Shown in pieces: positions 1 through 9,863 of a stretch of DNA of 64,000 bases (position 1 is its first letter; every line of letters starts with the position of its first letter). The notes beneath the pieces are model-generated. The model was not told the origin of the DNA, did not search any database, and saw nothing but the letters and a program-made list of their open reading frames with translations. The stretch is from a virus. Lineage: Duplodnaviria > Caudoviricetes. Location: positions 9,341 through 73,340 of IMG/VR virus record IMGVR_UViG_3300027566_000007; one strand, given 5' to 3'. The translations under genes were made by a program, and so were the position numbers.

Positions 1-2
1 CT

Positions 3-725
3 CAGGATACTCAATATAATTGCGTGATGATCCATGGAGTCTTATCTAATACCCAGGCAACGGTTGTTGCTGTCGCCTGTACTCCTGAAGTAGCTAACGG
101 GACAGCCTGGGCAAATACCTATACACTTGAAGATAACGCTATCTATGAGAAAAGCAGTACAGCCGAAGCTGAAGCTATAAAATGGCTGCTATATTTCAAT
201 ACTCAGAAATCATCAGTCCAGCTCAAGTTTTTAGATCGATATGATATCGAACTGTACCAAAGAATTAGATTTGGAACTGGGTTTTCAAAGTTGCTTAGGG
301 ACCTTACAGACAGGCAGCAATTATCTTATGTCGTTGCTTATGATCCAAGAGACGAAGCTAATTCTAAGCACAATGTGGATGTATCGGGAGTACCTTCTCC
401 GTCGTGGCTTCGAGTATCAGAAGTTAAGTATCACTCTGGAAATAATGATAATTACTGTGATGTCAAGCTCATTACTGACTATATCTATTCTTCTATTGAC
501 TCGGTGGTACAGTCTCCTTATGATCAATATATTGCTCCTGGATACTATAAACCAACAACAGACGACAGTATTTCAAGTACACAGTCAATTGTTGAGAGCA
601 CGCTCTCTAAGAAACAAGCAGACTATGTGACAGGAACCCTGTTATCAGCAGACCCAGATACTAAGATGGGGACAATTAAAACAAATTCAGGCAAAATTCT
701 GAAGGTGTCGTTACCGTGGTTATAA
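3..725 (+). CDS. Virion tail/baseplate-region protein, C-terminal part (5' end outside window)
   Basis: Frame is open from position 3 to the left edge; stop overlaps the next gene; lies upstream of receptor-binding genes. Function inferred from context only. Confidence 0.5.
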   Translation, partial: QDTQYNCVMIHGVLSNTQATVVAVACTPEVANGTAWANTYTLEDNAIYEKSSTAEAEAIKWLLYFNTQKSSVQLKFLDRYDIELYQRIRFGTGFSKLLRDLTDRQQLSYVVAYDPRDEANSKHNVDVSGVPSPSWLRVSEVKYHSGNNDNYCDVKLITDYIYSSIDSVVQSPYDQYIAPGYYKPTTDDSISSTQSIVESTLSKKQADYVTGTLLSADPDTKMGTIKTNSGKILKVSLPWL

Positions 726-2293
726 AATATATTGCCGGTGACGGTACAGGCGATTATGATGCAGACGGATCAGGCGATCAAGCCACGATAAACAGGGCGT
801 TGTCCTGGGCGGCTGATAATCCGGGGAACGAAGTACATTTGGTTGGTCCTTACACGTATGACATAGGATCTACGGTTCTGATTGGCTCTGATACAAAATT
901 CACAGGCGATTCTACCGCGGTCCTTCGACTCAACAATTCATGTACCTGGAATGTAGGCGTACCCATTGTTGGACAGATCGGTGGAACTGGAACAGTTTCA
1001 AAAAATATCGAAATTTCGGGTTTTTCGATTGATGGTAACGAAAGCCACTTATACGGGGTCAATGGGCATATTCGCGGGGAAGGCTACTATAATATGATCC
1101 ACATCCAGGGCCAGAAAGCAAAGCGCGCTACTAATATCAAAATACATCATATGAAAATGTATAACGGTATGGGAGACGGCCCACGCCTTGTATTTTGTGA
1201 CGATCCTCATGTATATAACTGTGATCTGCAAAACCTCATGCACTGTTCGGTATTTTGTATTGAGTGCAACGGGGCCTTAACATTTTCAAACACGATTAAG
1301 GCTATTTCATGCTCTGGCGTTCGTTACGATCATTGCAGAAATGGAGCCATCTACAGTAACAATATTGCAGATTTCACCGGGACAACAAATGCCCCGAAAT
1401 TTGGAGAGTACGGCGTCCAGATAGGGTTACAGCCCCCTAAGTACGGACACACTACCCTTGTAGATAATATCGTAATTCGGGATAATACAATTAACGTTAG
1501 CGGTTCAGGAGTACAGTTAGAGGACTACCTAAAATCAGCTGGTTCAACGTCTCAAAAAGTGACAATCACAAACAATCTCATTAAAGGAGGACAGTACAAC
1601 GGCGCTGCTTATTTTGCGGGAGTCGTTATCTATTCTTGGGGTAACGGTCTAACAATTTCCAGAAATACTATCGATGGGTCAGGAAGAGCCGGTATTCTCG
1701 GGTATAATGCAATTAATTCAAGCTCAAAAGTGTTTGTTACTTATAATAATATAATTAATACTGTAAAACTCGGCGGTGACGGTGGTTATGGAATATGGAA
1801 CAGAGCTTCGGGCCTGAAAATCTCCGCGTCGAATAACTATCTGTCCGGAAATGTTGCAGGAAAATATAAGGGAATTACACCTCTTTCAGAGTCTAGTGTC
1901 TACCTTGATTATGCAGTTCCGGGAAGCACACCGGAAACACCAGATGAACCTGACGAACCGGAAGAGCCAGATACTCCAGACGAGCCAGACGTCCCACCTG
2001 AAGACCCGCCAGACAATCCAGTAAACCCTGTTGACCCAGATGAACCCTATGTCCCTATAGAACCAATTGACCCTAATCCGCCTGCTGTAGGCTGTACAGG
2101 AATCGCTATTTTATCAGGTGGAAAATATGTGTTTTTACCTTATAAAATTCTAGAAATTGGGGATGATATGCTCTTAGTTCCTACTGATAACGGGTATATC
2201 CCGCTGAAGCTTGCAAATGAAACCGAAAAAGGTTCAAACATTACGATGATCCAGGATAACAAAGGCAACTATTACGCAATTGAGGGAGTATAA
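716..2293 (+). CDS. Right-handed parallel beta-helix protein (pectin-lyase-like, putative depolymerase) with Pro/Glu/Asp linker
   Basis: N-terminal DQATINRAL...TYDIGSTVLIGSDTKFTGD motif, repeated I.NN.I/I.GG beta-helix rungs, PDEPDEP linker near the C-terminus. Confidence 0.75.
   Translation: MVIKYIAGDGTGDYDADGSGDQATINRALSWAADNPGNEVHLVGPYTYDIGSTVLIGSDTKFTGDSTAVLRLNNSCTWNVGVPIVGQIGGTGTVSKNIEISGFSIDGNESHLYGVNGHIRGEGYYNMIHIQGQKAKRATNIKIHHMKMYNGMGDGPRLVFCDDPHVYNCDLQNLMHCSVFCIECNGALTFSNTIKAISCSGVRYDHCRNGAIYSNNIADFTGTTNAPKFGEYGVQIGLQPPKYGHTTLVDNIVIRDNTINVSGSGVQLEDYLKSAGSTSQKVTITNNLIKGGQYNGAAYFAGVVIYSWGNGLTISRNTIDGSGRAGILGYNAINSSSKVFVTYNNIINTVKLGGDGGYGIWNRASGLKISASNNYLSGNVAGKYKGITPLSESSVYLDYAVPGSTPETPDEPDEPEEPDTPDEPDVPPEDPPDNPVNPVDPDEPYVPIEPIDPNPPAVGCTGIAILSGGKYVFLPYKILEIGDDMLLVPTDNGYIPLKLANETEKGSNITMIQDNKGNYYAIEGV
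1921..2075 (+). repeat. Coding low-complexity repeat (PETPDEPDEPEEPDTPDEPD linker)
   Basis: Degenerate CCNGAY/GAR repeats in frame; a similar linker occurs at about 12885-12945. Confidence 0.8.
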
Positions 2294-2575
2294 ATGCTTG
2301 CAGAATCGTCAATTTACCCGGCTGAAATCCGACTAGAAAAAGTATCGGCAGGGATTGCTACAATCCGCGTTCGTTGGGATATCCAAGGCGTGTTGATTGA
2401 TGAAAAACTTTCGTACAGGTATGAAGAGGCCATAATAACTAAGGAACTACCTGCTTCGTATGTTACAGATAGTCAGACAGTACATATCTCAACCCGGCAA
2501 GATGTTGAAAATTACCTTGAAGTAGTCAAAGACGAGATCATTTCACAGGCTAAAATGTCAATATTCGAGGTATAA
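2294..2575 (+). CDS. Small tail-fibre-associated/assembly protein
   Basis: ATG directly follows the previous stop; position in tail module. Confidence 0.5.
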   Translation: MLAESSIYPAEIRLEKVSAGIATIRVRWDIQGVLIDEKLSYRYEEAIITKELPASYVTDSQTVHISTRQDVENYLEVVKDEIISQAKMSIFEV

Positions 2576-2576
2576 C

Positions 2577-2846
2577 ATGAGACTAAAATTACTTACCCCC
2601 GATGTTTCCGAGGACGGGAAGCTCATATTTCCGTTTGTCGATCAGGACGACGTAACCCAGACAGTAATACTGATTGAAAAAGTCGTATCGGCTGAATATT
2701 TAGAGGCTGATATCCTAACAGCAAAAACCGCAGCAATTGAAGAGGCGCGAACTATGGCAACAGCGAACGAAGCAAACCGAACTGCAAGAGAACGGGCCAT
2801 AGCCGCCATAACCGAAGCTGGGTTAGGAGAAGAAGAAATTATATGA
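2577..2846 (+). CDS. Small tail-module protein with C-terminal helical region
   Basis: Tightly coupled ORF with RBS-like GAGGT upstream. Confidence 0.5.
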   Translation: MRLKLLTPDVSEDGKLIFPFVDQDDVTQTVILIEKVVSAEYLEADILTAKTAAIEEARTMATANEANRTARERAIAAITEAGLGEEEII

Positions 2847-5464
2847 ATGATCCTGACCTACCTTTTGAGCCTCTGGTATTCGAGGGCGACACATACACAT
2901 TTTCAAATTTTACAAACTTAGTTTTATTTACGGATGAGCCTGACGCTCTTCTTAATTTCAATCAATTTCTTGGAAATGTCCATAGGTGTACATTTTCAGA
3001 AACCCCATGCGGAGGCGCGAAGAATGTACGCTTTTTAGACATGTTTCCAGGATCTATCTCAATTGAAGTAGGGAAAGACTGTTATCTAAAATCATCAGGT
3101 GGTCATGTAGGGAAAGTTCTTTCGGCTGGTCAACTTGCGGAAAGTCAGGAAATAATTACTTCGGATAGTGACGGGATAGCTTATAGGCTTGCAAATGGTG
3201 AAGTTTACCAGATGCAGAATGGAGATGTTTATTTAGTAACGCCTCCAAAAACTATAGTAAGTAAGTTTTCAATATTTAATCCTTCCTCAGAGTGGGCACT
3301 GTGTATATTATCAATCAGATGCCCAGATCACTCGTCGATAAAATTGTACAACCTTGATACAAAGAACTATGAAATGCTCTCTGCTTTGAATATAAAGCAA
3401 ACATCAGGCACAGTAAACTCTTTTTCATTTAATAGAATGCTCAGACCTCACTCAATTGAAAATCTACAACTAATGATAGGGTATGACGATCTGTCTTGGA
3501 CTTACGAGTTTGGATCTGGTGGGGATCAAGCAAACGGACTATGGAACTTAAAAACATTCTTAGCTTTTTATGATCCTACAACAAAGGATGTTTACTATTT
3601 ATTGTTTACGAAAGTCCCTGACGGTCTTACATGCTCAATAGATGAAGCAGGCAATGTTACAGAGCTTATTATCCCTCGGTCCAATCACACTGTCTACTTT
3701 GGAAAAATGAAATATGCTCTGATAAATCAGACGGTAGATGGCGTACCTACCTGCTTTATACCCTCAGAACGTGGCTCTCTTGCTGAGTTTCTGAAACGGT
3801 ATTTTGCAGTAGTAGATATTCAGTCCGAAATTGACCTAAAAACTTATGTTGTACCTGCAATATCGGATGATAAAATTCTACCGTCTACTGTTCTTCCGAC
3901 TACTCGCTTATCAAATTTGATATCTTGCCAGGTGTGTCCGAATGAGTATAGGTCTGAAAGTTTTGTATTAAGATCTGACAAGGATGTAACACTCACTATT
4001 GAAGCATCTGATCTTGTTTCAGGTGAAAATACAATATCAGCAAGCGCCATAAATATAAGATATGTCGATTGCTGGTATCAGGCAGGGTGTGATGCCAAAA
4101 GCACACACAAAGCCGGAAAGTTTCTAACTCCTGAACTCTTGACTTATGATCCTGAGCTTGTCAGGACAAACTGTGATGAGTGGGAAACCTGGAACCTTTC
4201 GAACCCGTATGCAAAAAATGAGTTGAAGCTCCAAGACGGTTCTTATATTGATATTACCACACCGACCAATAGTACTTCTGGGACATATCAACCCACAATT
4301 GAAGAGCGTCCCGTTTATGATGCTGAAACACTTCAACCGCTGCACCTTAAAAAAGATTTGAACCGGCAAATATGGCTAACTATTTTGGTACCAGATGGTT
4401 CGGAGCCGGGGATATATCGAAGTACAATATCGATAAAAGCCGGCAGAACTACTCTAAAAACAATAATGCTTTCTGTAGAAGTTCTTGACATTGAGTTGTT
4501 GGACTCTGAAAACGATAGTATTTATTACAGAGGAAAAATTACTTCAACCGGTGCTGCTACTGTTTCTTCTGAAACAAAGTCGGAAGCTCAATTTTTAGCG
4601 GACCATATTAACATGGTCCGGCACGGCATAAAAAACCCTCAGTTGATGACCCAGACGGCTGCTATACTCCCGACTTCCCTTGCTATCAGGGCTCAATGTG
4701 GAATCAGCAACGCTGACCTGTTTTATAATGGATACCCTAATATAAATGCATCACTCGCGGGAATAGAATCTTGGAATGATACCTGCGTAGCTAATGGGGT
4801 TACCCAACTGTATATTTACGGAGTTGACGAAAGTGATATGTCTTCGCTGACTTCGAAAATGACTGACATACACAATTTAGGCGTGAAAATATATTGTTCT
4901 CAGAGTCCGGCTAACGCGCTTGCTATAAAAGATTATTTAGATGTTGCGATTGGAAGCGGTTCGTTCACTGCCGACCAGATTTTGGAATTCAAGTCAACGG
5001 GGCATGATATATACTCATATGGAAACCCGCAAACGGTCCCAGAGTATGCACTAACATTTAGAAGAAATTACGGTTTATATCTTTGGCAGCTTGGATATAA
5101 AGGGGCATTTCCTTATGCTTGGCAGCATAGCTTCTGGGATATTTGGAATGATTTCGACGATAATTATTCAGGTCAAGAGTTTTACAGAGATCACTGTTTC
5201 ACGTATCCGGCTGCCGACAAACCCATAGATACTATACAGTATGAAGGGTTTGCAGCCGGAATTATAGACAGACGATATATGGCAACTCTTCAGGATGCCG
5301 TTGCTACGGCGAAAACTGCGTATATCAACACTACAACAATTGATAATTGGCTAAATGCTTTGCTACTTACAGACCTCTCAACGGTAGATCTTGATGATGT
5401 GAGAGGGCAGATGATTGATTATATCCTACTGTTAAAAAGTTTATTAATAACACTTCCGGTGTGA
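2843..5464 (+). CDS. Large virion-associated glycoside hydrolase, GH123/DUF4091-like (putative beta-N-acetylgalactosaminidase)
   Basis: PNEYRSESFVLRS, QIWLTILVPDGSEPGIYRSTI, YIYGVDE, RRNYGLYLWQ..GAFPYAW and FTYP...TIQYEGFAAGIIDRRY resemble GH123 N-terminal and DUF4091 motifs (recognised by eye). Confidence 0.55.
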   Translation: MNDPDLPFEPLVFEGDTYTFSNFTNLVLFTDEPDALLNFNQFLGNVHRCTFSETPCGGAKNVRFLDMFPGSISIEVGKDCYLKSSGGHVGKVLSAGQLAESQEIITSDSDGIAYRLANGEVYQMQNGDVYLVTPPKTIVSKFSIFNPSSEWALCILSIRCPDHSSIKLYNLDTKNYEMLSALNIKQTSGTVNSFSFNRMLRPHSIENLQLMIGYDDLSWTYEFGSGGDQANGLWNLKTFLAFYDPTTKDVYYLLFTKVPDGLTCSIDEAGNVTELIIPRSNHTVYFGKMKYALINQTVDGVPTCFIPSERGSLAEFLKRYFAVVDIQSEIDLKTYVVPAISDDKILPSTVLPTTRLSNLISCQVCPNEYRSESFVLRSDKDVTLTIEASDLVSGENTISASAINIRYVDCWYQAGCDAKSTHKAGKFLTPELLTYDPELVRTNCDEWETWNLSNPYAKNELKLQDGSYIDITTPTNSTSGTYQPTIEERPVYDAETLQPLHLKKDLNRQIWLTILVPDGSEPGIYRSTISIKAGRTTLKTIMLSVEVLDIELLDSENDSIYYRGKITSTGAATVSSETKSEAQFLADHINMVRHGIKNPQLMTQTAAILPTSLAIRAQCGISNADLFYNGYPNINASLAGIESWNDTCVANGVTQLYIYGVDESDMSSLTSKMTDIHNLGVKIYCSQSPANALAIKDYLDVAIGSGSFTADQILEFKSTGHDIYSYGNPQTVPEYALTFRRNYGLYLWQLGYKGAFPYAWQHSFWDIWNDFDDNYSGQEFYRDHCFTYPAADKPIDTIQYEGFAAGIIDRRYMATLQDAVATAKTAYINTTTIDNWLNALLLTDLSTVDLDDVRGQMIDYILLLKSLLITLPV

Positions 5465-5468
5465 TACC

Positions 5469-6965
5469 ATGGTAACTTATTTTGAGGGAAACGTCCCAGA
5501 CGGTCCGACTATGAACGCTTATATGGACACGCTGAAATTCATTACAAACACAATTTATACACCTATTGGATTCAGGATCGATACACAGTCATCCAGCCAG
5601 GCAGTTCAAATAGTGGACGTTAACGGAAATTCGTATACACCACCAACCGGCTTTTTTAACTCTCATCCTCTTTGGGCTGGAATGTGGGCAGCATTTTATA
5701 ACAGGAGCACCGGAACCTTTTCAACTGGAAATACTAATATAGGGAGTCCTAAAGTATTTACAGGCGCCGACGGTGATGTTTTTGTAAGGATTCCTGGGGC
5801 TAATTATAGATACCGGTTTGTTGATAATAGATATCATGAGCACATTGTAGCACCGCTTTCAGTACAGTTTCAGGGGAGTGCACCGCATCCATTTACGGTT
5901 ATGCGTGGGGGAACGGTTAGACCTTTTGTGTACCACAGTGCTTACGAAGCATCTTTGTTGATTGACGACACTGGAAACTATAAGCTTCAGTCTGTTTCGG
6001 GCGTTCAGCCGGTCACCGGGGCTGCAATTTCAAAATTGCAGTTTACAAGTGGTGGAACTAACGCTATACAAATTGATGAAGTGATAACCGGTGCTACGAG
6101 CGGCGCTTATGGTACAGTAATAGGCATTCAGAAGAGTTCTGGAACCTGGGCAGGGGGGGATGCAGCAGGTTATCTTTTTCTAAAACAGATAACTGGTACT
6201 TTCCAGGCGGAAAATCTAAATGGATCTGTCGCAGGCACTAATTGCGCAACGGCGGCGGGTGCTTCCTCTGCTTTGTCATTTACAGTAACAAATGCAGAAA
6301 CTTATGCTGCAAACAAAGGTTCTAAATTTGGTGTTATCGATATCTACCTTAAAGCTTATCTTGATTTGTTGCAGGTAATTGAAGCTGGGACCTTAGATGT
6401 GCCTTCTGTGTTTGGAATGGGTATAGTAGACTTACCAGTCGGCACAGGTTTTGCCGGGAAAGTCACCGGCTCAGATAATATCGATAGTCTTCTCGATTCA
6501 CAGGGAACCGGACATGGGGACGGTATTGACGGGCAGGTAGCAATCTCATGGAGAAATATAAGAAACAGATACGGTAACACATATAAACACCTGTTAGGTT
6601 TTAATGTGTTTACAGATAAGGCTTTCCGAGTGACTAAAAGGGATGGTACTGGTACTCTTGCTGAAATTATGGCAGATGGGTCTTATGAGGTTGGTGAGGG
6701 TATTGTACCAACAACTGATGGATACACGAAAACGGTGTGGCCTGGAGAAATAGGCGGTCCGCTTTTCGTGACAAAAACTAATAATGGTTCGAGTACGGAA
6801 ACTTTTGGAGATGGGTGGTTTGGGCCGTCGAGTGCTAATAATTCTATTTTTTATGGGGGTGCTTGGAGATCTGTATATCAGGCAGGGCCTTTTATGATGT
6901 CGGCTTCAAGCGCGGCCGGGGCTTATAGTGCATCATTGGGTACGCATTTTGTTTATTATCCATAA
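5469..6965 (+). CDS. Tail fibre / receptor-binding protein with C-terminal FGE-sulfatase/C-type-lectin-like domain
   Basis: DVFVRIP, YHSAYEA, RNRYGNTY and GGAW...AGPF...S...GT.F motifs are typical of phage Mtd-like/CLec adhesins. Confidence 0.6.
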   Translation: MVTYFEGNVPDGPTMNAYMDTLKFITNTIYTPIGFRIDTQSSSQAVQIVDVNGNSYTPPTGFFNSHPLWAGMWAAFYNRSTGTFSTGNTNIGSPKVFTGADGDVFVRIPGANYRYRFVDNRYHEHIVAPLSVQFQGSAPHPFTVMRGGTVRPFVYHSAYEASLLIDDTGNYKLQSVSGVQPVTGAAISKLQFTSGGTNAIQIDEVITGATSGAYGTVIGIQKSSGTWAGGDAAGYLFLKQITGTFQAENLNGSVAGTNCATAAGASSALSFTVTNAETYAANKGSKFGVIDIYLKAYLDLLQVIEAGTLDVPSVFGMGIVDLPVGTGFAGKVTGSDNIDSLLDSQGTGHGDGIDGQVAISWRNIRNRYGNTYKHLLGFNVFTDKAFRVTKRDGTGTLAEIMADGSYEVGEGIVPTTDGYTKTVWPGEIGGPLFVTKTNNGSSTETFGDGWFGPSSANNSIFYGGAWRSVYQAGPFMMSASSAAGAYSASLGTHFVYYP

Positions 6966-6984
6966 GAAAAAAGGAGGTGATATA

Positions 6985-7023
6985 ATGGCATGTGGTGGAA
7001 ATGGAAAGAAACCGAAGAAATGA
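6985..7023 (+). CDS. Putative 12-aa basic micropeptide MACGGNGKKPKK
   Basis: Perfect GGAGGTGA RBS 4 nt before ATG; last gene of the tail operon; below the ORF-track size cutoff. Confidence 0.45.
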   Translation: MACGGNGKKPKK

Positions 7024-7236
7024 TTAAAATGTAAAATATTTATCTTTTAAAATTTTCATTTTTTTCTTTGCATAAGGTATGTTTTTATATTTTTTATCAA
7101 ATATTATATTTGGTGGCTCATTATCAAAAATTGTTTGATATTTTAAAGTTCCGTCTATGTATAATACAAGTTCTCCGGTTTTTATTTTCCCGTTTGTGTA
7201 TTTTGTTATATAGTGTTCACGACTTATAATTTCCAT
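7024..7236 (-). CDS. Hypothetical protein (accessory cassette)
   Basis: ORF track; RBS GAGGTTGG upstream on the minus strand. Confidence 0.55.
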   Translation of the reverse strand: MEIISREHYITKYTNGKIKTGELVLYIDGTLKYQTIFDNEPPNIIFDKKYKNIPYAKKKMKILKDKYFTF

Positions 7237-7274
7237 ACCAACCTCGTTTATTATATTAGGTTGTGTTCAAATCG

Positions 7275-7595
7275 CTATACAGACGGCAGTGTTTGAAACA
7301 GTTCACTGTCTTCTTTTTTATATTTTTCATTATTATTTATTGCATCAACAACAGGTTTAATAACGCTGTATAGTGCATTGCCAATTGATAAAATCATATT
7401 TTTTAAGTTTTCAGCGAATGTCTTAAACGCTCTTATAGCTGACCTCCATATATACTCTGGGTCACTTCTCATTTTTTTAAGTTTTAAGAGTTCAATTTCA
7501 AGCTCTTCAGGGCCACGTTTTGGAGCTTTTGAGATAAGTCTTTTATTCAATCTCATCATTTTCATCCTCGTCTTCATCGACATCATTTGGATCAA
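7275..7595 (-). CDS. Hypothetical coiled-coil protein (true start probably downstream of annotated ATG)
   Basis: ORF track; overlaps 7543..7755 by 53 nt. Confidence 0.5.
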   Translation of the reverse strand: MIQMMSMKTRMKMMRLNKRLISKAPKRGPEELEIELLKLKKMRSDPEYIWRSAIRAFKTFAENLKNMILSIGNALYSVIKPVVDAINNNEKYKKEDSELFQTLPSV

Positions 7596-7755
7596 AATAC
7601 TCAGTGTGTATTAATACACTTGGCTCACCATAATTAACTACCTTTGGATATACTTTTATGATTGGGGCCAACACATACCCACTTTCTGTTACAGCATATA
7701 CTTTAAGATCTGGGTCTTGTTTTTTGAGTTCCTCGATGAGTTCTTTTACTATCAT
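7543..7755 (-). CDS. Small phage protein (MIVKELIEELKKQDPDLKV family)
   Basis: N-terminus typical of a widespread small phage protein. Confidence 0.6.
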   Translation of the reverse strand: MIVKELIEELKKQDPDLKVYAVTESGYVLAPIIKVYPKVVNYGEPSVLIHTEYFDPNDVDEDEDENDEIE

Positions 7756-7778
7756 TTTTATGCCTCGTTTATTAAGAT

Positions 7779-7985
7779 TTAATCCAACTCGATACTTTCA
7801 ACATAGTCCTTCCATGCCAAGACAACCGCGTTGTATGTTTTTTGATCGTCGACTTTTAACAAACTCTCCGGTATTTCACATTTAAAATTCATTTCTTTTT
7901 CGTAGTATTTAGGGAGTAGGCTGAATTCACCACTTACTACTTTTTTATAAAATTCTATGAAAGACCATGCTTTATTATATTTCAT
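7779..7985 (-). CDS. Hypothetical protein
   Basis: ORF track; GAGGAGA RBS. Confidence 0.55.
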   Translation of the reverse strand: MKYNKAWSFIEFYKKVVSGEFSLLPKYYEKEMNFKCEIPESLLKVDDQKTYNAVVLAWKDYVESIELD

Positions 7986-8129
7986 ATATTCTCCTCAACA
8001 CTTTACCCACTTCAGAACCTCTCTTGCCTGCTTCCCTTAAAGGTTCATCTGTTAATATGATTCCTTGTTTAGAAAGTGATCTAACTGTCTTCATATCAAA
8101 AATCATTGCCTGAATTTGAGTCAATTGTA

Positions 8130-8357
8130 TCAACCTCTTGTTGGTTTTTCCGCGTAAAATGACTGTGAATTCTGAAATATTATTTTGGGATCAGCATCTA
8201 TGACTAAAGCTTCTGTTTTTATATTCCTCCATCCATCTTCTTTTAATATCATTATGGCTTTTTCATACTGATCGTTATTATCTGTTGAGAATGATATGCT
8301 GTTTTTAAACTCTTTAACGTTTTTAATACCTATGTCGTTTAGTCGTTTAGATATCAT
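8130..8357 (-). CDS. Hypothetical protein
   Basis: ORF track; ATGA-type overlap with 8354..8653. Confidence 0.55.
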   Translation of the reverse strand: MISKRLNDIGIKNVKEFKNSISFSTDNNDQYEKAIMILKEDGWRNIKTEALVIDADPKIIFQNSQSFYAEKPTRG

Positions 8358-8653
8358 TTATTCCCTCGTTTCTTATTATGTTTTATCAGCTTCCTATTAA
8401 CCTTATTAACCTGCTTAGTAATCTTGTTTACTGCCGGAGCAAGTACTTTATCAGCCATCGTCAATTCTCGTTTCTTAGAGTCTGCCTGAGCATCTGTACT
8501 GAAATCAGCTTCCTTGAGCATTTGATTATATACTTCAAGCTCTTTTAAATAATCTTCATCTGTTTTTGCAGCCTCAAGTTTTTTAAGTTGGCTGTTTAGA
8601 GCTTTTCCTGCTTCTTCTGTTGTTATTCCTCCAAAATTACTTATTTCATCCAT
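8354..8653 (-). CDS. Hypothetical helical protein
   Basis: ORF track; operon-like packing. Confidence 0.55.
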   Translation of the reverse strand: MDEISNFGGITTEEAGKALNSQLKKLEAAKTDEDYLKELEVYNQMLKEADFSTDAQADSKKRELTMADKVLAPAVNKITKQVNKVNRKLIKHNKKRGNK

Positions 8654-8669
8654 GTCCTAAACCTCTTGT

Positions 8670-9005
8670 TTATTTTTTCAGCACAAAATTTATACAGATC
8701 TGCCTATCTGGGTCTTCTGAATAGTCGCCTTCTGGTGTAATACAGGGAGCTCTTTCAAAAAAATCACAGTCTTTGCAGGTTTTGCCTTCAAAATAGTTGA
8801 CCGCGTTGAGTACGGTAATTACTTTTAATTTCATATAATCATGAGTACGCTCATTAGCGTCGCTCCATTTGAAGGAGGGACCAGGTAAACCAAACTCTTT
8901 TTGAATAGATAACATGAGTTCTTCGTAGAGTATCTTAGCAACCGGTTCTATTGTATTGGGGTAGTCTTTTGCATCAGACATCATATTTCCTCCGGAAATC
9001 TGCAA
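8670..9005 (-). CDS. Hypothetical protein with C-terminal Cys cluster (CKDC...C...C)
   Basis: ORF track; metal-binding motif. Confidence 0.55.
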   Translation of the reverse strand: MQISGGNMMSDAKDYPNTIEPVAKILYEELMLSIQKEFGLPGPSFKWSDANERTHDYMKLKVITVLNAVNYFEGKTCKDCDFFERAPCITPEGDYSEDPDRQICINFVLKK

Positions 9006-9174
9006 ACATAGGAGTGTACGGCATTCCTACTCGATCCATTTCGTCTTTTCTCCTGTCAAGCTCCGGGCAGGCTTCTTTCATCTCGTTATATGACGAAAAT
9101 TTCTGCCCAGGATAAAGGTCTTGATCAGGGATGTACTCAGGAATTAATAAGGGTTCTGAAATTTCTGCAGACAT
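8974..9174 (-). CDS. Hypothetical protein
   Basis: ORF track; GAGGTGG RBS. Confidence 0.5.
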   Translation of the reverse strand: MSAEISEPLLIPEYIPDQDLYPGQKFSSYNEMKEACPELDRRKDEMDRVGMPYTPMFADFRRKYDV

Positions 9175-9301
9175 TTAAACCACCTCACTCATTACAATTT
9201 TCTTGTTGTTGTCTTGCTTCCCTCCGTGAGTCAAGGAGGTCAAAGATTCTTTCATTCGTGGCTGTTTCAAGCAGGTTATTATAATCTGATTCAAGATCCA
9301 T

Positions 9302-9514
9302 TTAACATCCCTGCTGTTCGTCAACGTACTTCAACCAGTCGTATTGCTCACTGATAAACTCTTCATCGCCCACTGTAGCAAGTTCTATTCCTTGCCATCC
9401 AAGAGCTTTTAGGCTTAGAGCATCTTCTTTACGGAGTGGGAATATTAGACCAGTCGGCGTTCTGTGAACGTAAAACTGTTGAAGTAGTATCATTTTGTGA
9501 AGTAGTTCAGACAT
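9302..9514 (-). CDS. Hypothetical protein
   Basis: ORF track; GGAG RBS. Confidence 0.5.
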   Translation of the reverse strand: MSELLHKMILLQQFYVHRTPTGLIFPLRKEDALSLKALGWQGIELATVGDEEFISEQYDWLKYVDEQQGC

Positions 9515-9863
9515 GATTTAAGCTCCTTGGCTTTTCCTTTTCCCTGGATACAAGCATTTTTCAGGGTATATTCTGCCTATACAGCCCGCGCAAGACGGAC
9601 GTGTGAAACAGTCAGAAGGAGTTTCGCAGATATCGACGGTAATCATTTAGACCACCCTTACCCGAATTTTCCCCTTTCTTTGCCGGATAAATAACAGAGC
9701 AGCACGTTCTACGATAATGAGATATTTGGATTTCATCAAAACACTTCCTTAGTATATACAACCCCAAGCCGCTCAAGTTTTGAACAGAATCCAGCTGCTT
9801 TATCTGAATCTCGGAAGGTTAGAACGTCCATGCCTCCACGAGTTGAAATGAGAATGAAAGGAA

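Noticed and set aside
1921-2075. Functional DNA tandem repeat or VNTR
   Set aside because: Degenerate at third positions and in frame; it is a Pro/Glu/Asp protein linker.
5469-6965. Complete diversity-generating retroelement
   Set aside because: No reverse transcriptase and no template repeat found in the window.
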